DNA from: Octopus bimaculoides
Lineage: Eukaryota
NCBI RefSeq assembly: GCF_001194135.2
Contig: NC_068990.1
Coordinates: 85,158,416 to 85,222,415, forward strand
Reading direction: 5' to 3'
DNA: 64,000 nt
Part shown: piece by piece, positions 28,094-40,400 of the stretch
How the letters are laid out: every line of letters starts with the position of its first letter
How positions within the stretch are numbered: the stretch's first letter is position 1
The notes under the pieces: model-generated
What the model was told of the DNA's origin: nothing
What the model saw: only the letters and a program-made list of their open reading frames with translations
The model's database searches: none
Program-made: the position numbers and the translations under genes

Positions 28094-30923
28094 GGAATTT
28101 ACTAAAAAAAAAATAAACAAAACAAAAGATGAAGATGGGTGTGTAAACAACAAATAGATGTATTAGTTTAACACTTGGGAAGTGAGAAAGTCTTTTATGT
28201 TTCGAGCCTACGCTCTTCAACAGAAAGGAACACAGAAATAAGCAGAGACAGAAAATAGAAAAAAGGTTAAGTGGCAAGCGATATATTTTTTTCTTTTATT
28301 TGTTTCAGTCATTTTGATTGTGGCCATGCTGGAGCACCACCTTTAGTCGAACAAATCGACTCCATTATATATATATATATAATCTTAATCATTATCATCC
28401 TTTAACGGCTGTTTTCCATCTGGCATATATTGATGTATGTACATAAAAAGTAAGGATAAATACAAGTTTATATTATAATTCCTATTGTATTTCACCTTTA
28501 TGGTGGTGGTTTGGAGCCCTACAATAGAAGTCCCAGGTATATCAAGATGCCCTAAATGCATGATGAAAGTATGTATGTATGAAAGTATGTATGTATGTAT
28601 GTATGTATGTATGTATGTTCTCATCATCACGGATGGAGGAAACAGGTTAAGGAGGGGATTGACATTTTTGAGAGAGCACATATCCAGCATGAAGAAATTA
28701 AACGAGCTGCGCGAAAGCGCGCGGCTCATACAGTGAATGGGGAAGGCTTGGTCTGCAATGATTGCAGTCATGTATGCTTGTCAAGAGCAGGGCTCATTAG
28801 CCACCAATGGAGCCGCAAATACAAAATATAAGTTAGTCCTAGAGTGCACAATGTTCCCGAAGGTCGGCAATGGTCTTCCTCGGTCACGAGTGGACAGCCA
28901 TCATGTATGTATGTTTGTATGTATGTATGTATGTATGTGTGTATGATAAATTTCTACTTACAAGATTTCCAGGTGGTCCAGGATCTCCTGGTGGTCCGGC
29001 ATCGCCAGGTGGGCCCTACACAAATATATGGAAAGAACATGTCATTATTAACATATAAATCATACAGGTCATTTGTCATTTTTACAGCAGATATTCATAA
29101 CCTTATAGCAGTATATGTAAACAAATAGCACACGACCTATCTAGTTAGTGTATATGTGATAATCCAAGATAGTAATTTCTATTTAAGTGTTGATGCACTG
29201 CATTCTGTCATTGTCTGACTTCACTGCAGTCTGCTTACTGTTTTCATTAAATGAGTAAGAATACTTTAATTACATTAAGTCTATTCCTGTAATGAGGAGA
29301 AGAAAGCATAAGATGAAATGCAGGGGTAACAACTCTAAAATCTCAGGTATTTAAAACCAGTTGATAATTATGAAAATTTGGTAAATTGAAATGGTATCAC
29401 ACTTACAGTCATCATCATCACCATCATCGTCGTTTAACGTCCGATTTCCATGCTGGCATCGGTTGGATAGATTGACTGAGGACTGGCAAGCTAGAAGGCT
29501 GTACCAGGCTCCAATCTGATTCAGCAAGGTTTCTACAGCTGGATGCCCTTCTTAACACCAACCACTCTGAGAGTGTAGTGGGTGCTTTTTACATCCCACT
29601 GGCACCAACCACGCTTGAATGGTGCTTTTTATGTGCCACCGGTACAGGAGCCAGTCAGGCAGCATTGGCAGCGACAGATGGAAAAAGAACTCATGGGCCA
29701 ACATTAAATTAATAGTGTAGTTTTTAACTCCAAAGAAAAATGTCTTAAGTTTGAAAAATATTCTATACAACCACTTCTCCATTCTTCTTACAAACTTAGG
29801 GAAACCAGTTAAAAGTAATATTTTTATTATTGATACTTACAGTTGGACCCATCACACCGACAGGACCAACAGCTCCAGGTGGGCCTGGTGGACCCTGAAA
29901 GGAAAGAAAAAGAAATTTGAATATTATGATTATCATAAAATATATCTGAATATATTTAAGATACACATATAACATTTATATTGTAGAGTTGGTTTTAATA
30001 TCAAGTATGTATACTGTATACTGATACCTATAAACATATAAAACAATGTTATAATTGTTATTGTTTTATTGTTTTCCTTCATTTTCTAGCATGTAACATC
30101 TGTTGCAAGTGAGAGGTGTAAACCAACTGTGTTGTGATAGTTCTAAATATTTGAACTTAGTTATCTTATTGTTCTTGGTTTAATTTCATTGAAAGTTTAT
30201 ATAATGGTCCTGTTTGGAATTAATTTATAAAAGAAGTGTTAGACTCAACTTACGATTTCTCCTCTTTCGCCTGGGAATCCTGGAGAACCATCTTTGCCTG
30301 GATGACCCTAGAACGGGAAATATGAGAAAATAATTATAAATCAACGAATAGACAAAAGATTAAACATAATTAATACTTTGAAATCAAAGTCTACTAATTT
30401 TTCAACACCAAAGGAGTTGAACACGAATGAAGAGAGGGTCAAAATCCAAAGAGATAATACAGTTAATTAAGCAACATTTTGGAGATAATGTTGATTGATA
30501 CTTCTAAACTAATGATGAAAATAAATTCATGAGATAAAGAATAAGTACTAGAGTTGTTATATAAAAATGTGTACAACGCTCACACACACACACATCCACA
30601 CACATTATTTTTATGAGAGAAAGACGCAGTCATTTTGAAGTTTGAGCTATGCAGCCATCATCAGTTACTCTGATAAAGGCTACATGGCTGAAACTTTGAA
30701 GCAACTGACAAACCATTTCTTAGTAAAGGTAAAGAGTAAATATGTTATTCTGCAGCAAAGTACTGAGTGATCCTTCGATTTAATGTTTTAGTGTTTCATA
30801 TATAACGTTATATAAAAAGAAACATTAACGCATACATACACACACATGTGCATATATATGTGTATATACATCTATATATTTATGCATGTATGTATGTATG
30901 CATATATACACATACATATATAC

Positions 30924-30958
<35 letters not shown>

Positions 30959-33900
30959 NNNNNNNNNNNNNNNNNNNNNNNNNNNNNNNNNNNNNNNNNN
31001 NNNNNNNNNNNNNNNNNNNNNNNNNNNNNNNNNNNNNNNNNNNNNNNNNNNNNNNNNNNNNNNNNNNNNNNNNNNNNNNNNNNNNNNNNNNNNNNNNNNN
31101 NNNNNNNNNNNNNNNNNNNNNNNCACACACACAAATATATATATATATCTGTGTGTGTGTATGTGTTTGTGTAATATTAATTTTGTATAATTAGTGAATG
31201 TTGTTCGAAATGAAAGTGATGATATAATTATACTAACACCGGGTCCAGTTGGTCCGGGTGGTCCATTAGGGCCTGGAATTCCTTGAATACCTTGTTCTCC
31301 TTGGAATCCTGGTGGACCAGGTTGACCATCATCTCCTTTAGGACCAGTAGGTCCAGGAATACCTCTGGCACCTCTCTCTCCTCGTTGTCCCTGTCAACAA
31401 TGAAAATTTGCCAAACTTTTAATCATTTGAACTTCTTTATTAAATGCAATACAGGAGAATTAAGTATAAAACAAGGATAATAAATATTAGATAATCTTAA
31501 AGAATATTAGACAGATAGTATTAAATATTAGATTGGGATATTAGATATTAGCTAGATAGTATTAAATATTAAATTGGGACATTAGATATTAGCTAGGTAG
31601 TATTAAATATTATATGGAGATATTAATATTAAATATATTTTAAATAGGAATATCAAATATTATGTAGTAATATTAGATAATGATATTCTATAAGGATGTT
31701 AAATCATTATGTCTGCCTTGAAAGGTTCATGTGTGCTTCTTCTGGATTTTTGAGTTGTTTAGTAGTTTGAGAATGAAGGCTTTTCCTTAAATGTGATACT
31801 AGTCCAACGCAAAGTTAAGCCCAACTACAGCAAATACTCATTTTTATCTGATTGGACTGGAGCAACATGACACAAGGTGTCTTGCTCAAGGGTATAATGT
31901 ACCTTCTTGTCTGTAAATCAGTCTTCTGAGTTACCAATCATGAACCTATCGTTCTAACCCTTAGATCATGTGCCTACACAAATTAATATGTAGCAATAAC
32001 AAATGTATTTAACATTAAATGGAAACACTTAATATTAAACCAACATGTTAGATATTCAAAGGAATATTCAGTATCATGTTAGGATATTCAACAGTATGTA
32101 GAAATATTAAGTACTAAATAGGAATATTAAATTCTATATGTAAACATTGTGAATAGGTATATATGGAGTTGACTGCAACATGTGAGATGATAATGGAGAA
32201 AGTAAGGGAGAGAAGAACGTTGAAAAGTGTGCAGAGGTTTTGGAAGGGTGCTAAGAAATGAATGACGGGAAGAGCTGTGCTTGATGGAGTTAGAGTGCTA
32301 GGCTTGCTGTCGAGAAGTGGGTTCGCGCGTTGAGTGTGGTTAGATGTGAGATGAAAGAGTAAGTGAGGTAGAGTTATGGGGCGCGCAGGAGTTTGCAAGC
32401 AGCACTGGAGGAGGTACTGCACAGGGCATCTGAATGCAGTACCAGCCAGCAAGACAGAGATGTACAGTACTTAAATGGCCAAAACATCGATGAGATCTGA
32501 TATACTGCCAATGATCCTCCGGTGTTGGCAGTGAGGGAGTTCGCTGTTAATATTTTATTGATAATTCATAAAAATATTAAATAAACATAGAAATATTAGT
32601 TATTACATATGGATATTAAATATTAAATATGAATATTAAATATTACATGGGAATATTGATATTGATGTAAATATTAGATAGATATACTAAATATTACAGA
32701 AGGACATTAATTATTAGATTGGGATGTTAAATATTACATGGAGACATTAATTATTAGATTGGGATGTTAAATATTACATAGAGACATTAATTATTACAAA
32801 AATTTAACAGTGCAGTTTTCATCTTTAAAAGATAATTAGCTACTAATTAGCATTACAAGATGTCCTAAATGCTATATATATAAACATTATATACATTAAT
32901 CTCCCATATAGTAATGTGCCCCACCATGTTGATTCAATGTTTTTCATGAGAAATAAACTCATAAATTAATTTAAAAGAATTAACTGCTAAGATTTTTAAA
33001 GCAAAATAGTATTAGATATTGTAAGCATATATCTGAGAGAAAAATACATGAGGATTCGTTTTTTTTCTTTTTTTATTTTTTCTTCTATTATCTCTAACCA
33101 ATTGGTTGTGGCATAATAATAAATAATTAAAAACAAAATTAAAATAAATTAAATATTACTTACAATTGGTCCACGCTCACCTCTCTCTCCAGGTGGTCCA
33201 AGCAAACCCTGTAAAAGATAACAAAAATGACAGAATAAAAGCTTGGAAATGAAAGTCCTTATATAGTAATATGACAATTCAAAATATTGTAGATCATTCA
33301 AACTACTCAAAATGCTATACGACTCATAAAACTGCAATATTTTGCTTTATGTCTGTGTATATGTAAAATATTATGCAGTTTTACATAGTTACCAATTTAT
33401 GTCTAGAAAACTACTATTGAATCCAATACTTACTTATGTATGCTGATAGCTGTACGAAATTACAGACAAGTATACATACATCTATACATACATACATACA
33501 TTTATACATATAGGCGCAGGAGTGGCTGTGTGGTAAGTAGCTTGCTTACCAACCATATGGTCCCAGGTTCAGTCCCACTGTGTGGCACCTTGGGCGAGTG
33601 TCTTTTATTATAGCCTCGGGCCGACCAAAGCCTTGTGAGTGGATTTGATAGACGGAAACTGAAAGAAGCCCGTCGTATATGTATATATATATATATATGT
33701 ATGTGTGTGTATAGGTTTGAGTGTCTGTGTTCGTTCCCCCCAGCATCACTTGACAACCGATGCTGGTGTGTTTGCGCCCCCGTAGCATTAGCAGTTTAGC
33801 AAAAAGAGACCGATAAAATAAATACTAGGCTTACAAAGAATAAGCTCTGGGGTCGATTTGCTCGACTATAAAGGCGGTGCTCCAGCATGGCCACAGTCAA

Positions 33901-36585
33901 ATGACTGAAACAAGTAAAAGAGTAAAAGAGTAATACATACATTGTAGTTGCAACTCAGTTCCAAACATTACCAATACTCATTTATTCTCTTCAAGCAGCA
34001 CAGATGTTGCTTTCCAGTCCTGCTAGGAACCTACGCTCTTTTGCACAGTTGCAACGATAATGGACACCTCTTACAGCAGGTGTTCAGTGAGTTGCTAACC
34101 ACACTGACAAACATCTTCATTCCATCATGGAATTTTGCATTGAGTGGTTTACCTTTTTTGGCTACAACCATTCTTAGTATGAAACACATAATAGTGAGGC
34201 CTCTAGTCTTTGCTTAGACACCTCTCTAAGAGAAGGAAAACCTTGATGTGACATACATACATATCATACAACACACACACATCTTCATAAGCATTATCCG
34301 GTTCCATTTATGTTTCCAAACTTGTATGGTTTGTCTGAGACTCTTTCAACACAGTGTCTTTCCATTGCGAAGAATGTTTAGAGAAAATTCAATAATATGA
34401 AATGAAATATAATAATAGTAATGATAAAAATAATAATAATAATGAAATAATTTTTCAACTTACACCCTTTCCTTTGCTGCCTCGTTTTCCTCGTCTTCCA
34501 ATCACACCTCGCTCACCCTGAAATAGAGAAATGTTTGGAATGAGATTATTGATAATAGAGACAGATGGGGATATTGGTGTTGCTGATGTTATTAGTCCCA
34601 GGTAAGCTCTGAATGAGCAGACCTACAATTAAAATCTCTCCAACTATGGCCATCACATCTCGTTTCCAGATATACTATATGTAAGTACATTATTCAATGT
34701 ACATGTGACACCTTTTGTGCTGTGGCTGTTAATACAAAGGAGGTAACTGTCTCTTCACAATCACAAGGCAGGATTAGAAATTTGATTTCGAAATTAAGGA
34801 ATATGAAGAAGAAACAAAGTTCACATATAATATTTTATTTTTGCTTTATCTGTTATGAAATTTTTATGATTCCTTGTTGTAAAATGGTAAGGTGTGATCA
34901 GAGGGGTATTTGTATTTCCTAGTAGATCGAGCAATTATGTAGAGGCTCTATCATTGAATTGTTAACTAAGATGAGTTATTTAGGAAGTGAAGTTTAGTTC
35001 TGGTCTACTTTACAGTAAGTGGTTAGTGTATTGGTCTGACTCCATGCTAAGGAGGTGGAGTGGAAGTTGAAGGCCGTCAAAAGTCAACTAGAGTCAGCGA
35101 CAGTAGAAGTTAAATGAATGTGAATGGAAAGATGAGATATTTCTCTCTCATGCTTGACAGGAATAACAAACAAGGGAACAGTAAGAGAATCTAAATGAGA
35201 GTAAGTAACAAAGAGTAGCTGGCCCCTTTGACAACAGTATTTTCATTATCAGAAAATACAGCTGTAAAGTATGGTTCAGAGAGGATAGGGTTCAGTCTCC
35301 TTGTTTAAAAAAAAAATTGATTTCTTTTATACATACCTTTTCTCCAGGTGGGCCGGGGTATCCTGGGAAGCCAGGGATTCCGATGCGTCCCTATATGATT
35401 TAATAGAAAATTTAAAAAAGTTTAGTTAACATGAATAACAGATAAACAATGTAAGTGTTAATTTATATGGTTAATAGAAATCAGTCAACTTATCAAAAGA
35501 ATGGGTTTGGGATCACATAATGTTCTTAAGCCTTTTGAAGTACACTAGTAGGTAACATAGAGAAACAGAATTGATTTAACTGGCTGTAATAAAATCTGCC
35601 TCAGTAACTTCTATTTGAACCATGCATGTGTGGATGATCAGACATTAAAATGAGGATGATGATTATTGTATACATTTATATATATTGGTTTTTTGGTATC
35701 TAAAAGTATCTTTAGAATTTTCTCTTTAATTAATAACAAAAAATTGGATATTTTCTATGAAAATAGAAATACTAATAAATCTATTAATAACTCTAATAAT
35801 GAACCTAATAGTAATTATGATAGAACTAAATGTTGCGATTTAAAGATAAATGTTATTTTAATAATTTATTTATGCAAAATAACTTAGTATATAGATGTAG
35901 GGTAGAATCTAAAGGGACAAATTATTTTTACATTGGGTCAACTGAAAATCTTATTAAATGATGTGCCACAAATCATGAATGTACTTTTAGGAACAAGGAT
36001 ACGTTAAGTAGTACCAGTTTAAGTAAATGTCTATGGAAGTTGAAGGATAATAATAAATTATATAACCTTAAATGGCAAATACTTAGTCATACTAGATCTT
36101 ATAAAATTGCTGTAACCTGTGTGTTGAAGAAATCTATCAAATTTTAACATAAAAAAATAGGCTTCTTCTTAATGATAGGCAGAAATTTGTTTTATTTTGT
36201 AAGCGCTCTTTGAAATATGCGTTTAGAAAATATTATTAAAGTGACTATCATCATCATCATCATCGTTTAACGTCCGCTTTCCATGCTAGCATGGGTTGGA
36301 CGATTTGACTGAGGACTGGTGAAACCGGATGGCAACACCAGGCTCCAGTCTGATTTGGCAGAGTTTCTACAGCTGGATGCCCTTCCTAACGCCAACAATG
36401 TAAATTAATATTACCATTAGCTTATGAATAGTGAATAATGGGTTTTTAAAAGTGATATCTAGATCTGACAAATGTAAAGAAAACATGAGTAACTCACCTT
36501 TTCTCCAGGTGGGCCTGGTTGTCCAGTTTCACCAGGAGGTCCATATTCACCCTGGAATATAATAATGATAATAATAATGATGATG

Positions 36586-36638
<53 letters not shown>

Positions 36639-36708
36639 GATTTCTCTACTGACCATAAAAGGTTTATGTTAAGGAAAACATTATAGACAGTACTAGACAA
36701 AATAAAGA

Positions 36709-36747
<39 letters not shown>

Positions 36748-37438
36748 TGTGAGTGTGTGTTGTTGTGAGGATTGTGTATGTAAACAAGCTTAACATAATG
36801 AAGGAAAAATTCAACAATATATAAACCTCAGTAGGGAGGAGACATCTGAGGGCTGCTCATGGAAAAACCCCATAAAATCATGGGTGCCCTACTTACAAAC
36901 ACACATGCATGTGTCCGGACATGATACATAAGTAACAACATATAAAGCAAAAACAACACATTATTCAAGAAGTGAATAAAAAAAAGTAACAAAATAAGCC
37001 TCACCTTCTTTCCTTCAATTCCTTCAATTCCCATTGGTCCCATTTCTCCTTTTCTTCCCTTGTCCCCTCTTCTACCTAAGTCACCCTTTTCTCCATCCAG
37101 TCCAAATGATCCCTGAAAAAATGTGAACAGAACTTCAGTTTATCGATACATCAAGATTTCCTTCAACGTTTTATATTCTTTCTACAAGTTTCAGCCCTTG
37201 GAGTGTGATCATTCTAGGGTACCACATTTTGACTGGTACTTCTTTTATAGAATATAGGAAGTGTATGGTAAAGTCAACCTAGCTGTAAAGGGATATGACA
37301 AAATATGATGAAGTATTTTTGTTTGATACACCAATGTATGTATGTATGTATAGATTGTTTGAAGAAGTGTGCAGACTTTATATATAAACAAGAACAAGGC
37401 AGTCAGAATTTGGATATATATACATACATACACGTATG

Positions 37439-37489
<51 letters not shown>

Positions 37490-40400
37490 NNNNNNNNNNN
37501 NNNNNNNNNNNNNNNNNNNNNNNNNNNNNNNNNNNNNNNNNNNNNNNNNNNNNNNNNNNNNNNNNNNNNNNNNNNNNNNNNNNNNNNNNNNNNNNNNNNN
37601 NNNNNNNNNNNNNNNNNNNNNNNNNNNNNNNNNNNNNNNNNNNNNNNNNNNNNNNNNNNNNNNNNNNNNNNNNNNNNNNNNNNNNNNNNNNNNNNNNNNN
37701 NNNNNNNNNNNNNNNNNNNNNNNNNNNNNNNNNNNNNNNNNNNNNNNNNNNNNNNNNNNNNNNNNNNNNNNNNNNNNNNNNNNNNNNNNNNNNNNNNNNN
37801 NNNNNNNNNNNNNNNNNNNNNNNNNNNNNNNNNNNNNNNNNNNNNNNNNNNNNNNNNNNNNNNNNNNNNNNNNNNNNNNNNNNNNNNNNNNNNNNNNNNN
37901 NNNNNNNNNNNNNNNNNNNNNNNNNNNNNNNNNNNNNNNNNNNNNNNNNNNNNNNNNNNNNNNNNNNNNNNNNNNNNNNNNNNNNNNNNNNNNNNNNNNN
38001 NNNNNNNNNNNNNNNNNNNNNNNNNNNNNNNNNNNNNNNNNNNNNNNNNNNNNNNNNNNNNNNNNNNNNNNNNNNNNNNNNNNNNNNNNNNNNNNNNNNN
38101 NNNNNNNNNNNNNNNNNNNNNNNNNNNNNNNNNNNNNNNNNNNNNNNNNNNNNNNNNNNNNNNNNNNNNNNNNNNNNNNNNNNNNNNNNNNNNNNNNNNN
38201 NNNNNNNNNNNNNNNNNNNNNNNNNNNNNNNNNNNNNNNNNNNNNNNNNNNNNNNNNNNNNNNNNNNNNNNNNNNTATATATATATATATATATATATTG
38301 TAACAGTGTTTGCATGTTCGAGGCTATAAAACTTGAGAAAAGCAGTGATCCTAAAACAAATCCCAGCTTGGTGTTTAGGAAGCCATTTTTATTTCTTCTA
38401 CATTTGGAAGTTCAACAGATACAAAAAACTGTTCTCCAAATGGGCAGCAACTTCAAGAATGCTATGTGAGAGATCCCCCTGTTCAGAAGTCACTTAACTG
38501 CTAGAACCATTATACAACTTGAACTGACCCATAAGAATGAGATTCACACATTATCCGATATTAATCAGCCTCGTTCAGAAGTCATGTCAGCATCACATCA
38601 TCACAATCAAACAAGTTTGTAATTTTAGGTCTGTGAAACTATAAGTAATGCTTCACGTTACTTATAATTTAATTATAGTTTAAATGAAAACGACTACTTA
38701 CCACATCTCCCTTGTCTCCCAAAGAACCTCTTAAACCTCTGTCACCCTGGAAAAAAACAAACAAACAAAACAAATCAGGTTGGCAGAACATTCTGAAAGT
38801 AGACACAGTACTGATTATGTAATATAAAAATAGCAAAGTCAGTGCTAATATATAGCAAAGTCAATGCTAATATATACAGCATGGCCAAAAATGATAGTAT
38901 GTGATTTGAGGGATATTTAGCTGTTATTACTTGCAGGTCAAGAGACCAAGTAGACATTTCCTCAGCTTGTCTCTGTTAACATTTTCCCACAACCAATTGA
39001 GGTTAATGCTAAATACTAGTCAAATTAATATAATCGGCCAAAGAGGGTCTACAAAAGTTAATGGTGTCCCCATGCAACCTACTCTAACTTCATAACAAAT
39101 AAATAAATAAATAAATAGATAAATAAATAAGTTGACCCTTAGCCAGAAAACGGAAACCCTTTTCATTTAGTCAGCTGTGAGACTTTGTAGATATTTTCTT
39201 ATTTGTTAATCAGAATAATTAAATCAATAATTAGCTTCAAACAAAGAAAATCAACTTACCTTAACTCCCCGTGATCCTGGGTACCCATTAACTCCCTGAG
39301 GTCCAAGTGAACCCTGAAGTGGTAGAAGAAAAATAATGTATTATTAATACAATAAAGACCATGACAGATGGTATAAATATGATACGGAAGACCATTCAAT
39401 GTCACACATGCTAGCATGGACAAGCAGATTTTAATATACTGATAATAATAACGATGATTGGGGCCAACGGTGATGATGAGGGTGATGGTTATGATGATGA
39501 TAAGGAATATTTACCAAATATATTATCATTATCATAAATAGATATTGTTTATGCAAACAAGTGATTTTCTTAAAATTAAAATCAAAGCAGTTAGCTTGAC
39601 TAAGCATAAAAGTTTGAGTTTATGTACCTACACACACACACACACACATACACACACACACGCACACACAAGTAATAAGTAACAACTGATGAACAGGTAT
39701 CAATTCATTACAGCCATTTGTAGCAAATTTTTAATTGATCAATGAGTACATAATATCATTATGTGGCAAGGACCAACTTTAGAATCACAAAATATGTATG
39801 TGCCATGGATTTTAAATGTTCTTGATTATAAAATTCATGCATCCATCTGAAGAAAGTGTTTTTTTATAATGATGTAATGTACCCATTGATCAATTAAAAA
39901 AATTGTTAGAAACAGCTGTAATGAATTGACACCTGTTCATCAATTGTTACTTCTTTATTTTTATTTCACCTATCTCAGAACATGTCCCTCATGTATTCTG
40001 AAGTATATCATGGACCATATATTTCATAAAATGTACATGTCTGAATAGCTCAAGAGAGGATTGTATACTCAGTTGAGTCCAATTAACTGCATACATCACT
40101 CAAATATCATTCTGTATTCTGCCAGTACTTCTGTACCAAGGCTGGTATTCATTTATAATTGTTGTATGCATTTTATTAAGACCTAACCAGATATCTCAGC
40201 TTTATGTACCATATTCAACTGAATCTTGTTATATTTTTTGTTTTTTCTTTTCTAGTTTCAGCTCATGAGCTGTGGCCATGCTGGGGCACTGCCATTTGGT
40301 GTTGCTACATAATTTTTACTTCACTAATTCTTCTTAGAACTTCACATTTGGTGCATGAGGGAGCTTGATGCTGCAGCCCTCATTTGCACTTCCTGTTGTG

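Noticed and set aside
347-34517. D-periodic spacing of the two GKRGSKG clusters
   Set aside because: The counted separation is 618 residues, about 2.6 D, so no periodicity
37245-38469. Longest track ORFs (297-366 aa)
   Set aside because: Almost entirely Ns. The flanking exons W20 and W21 are contiguous in the recalled human alignment, so no exon is predicted in this gap
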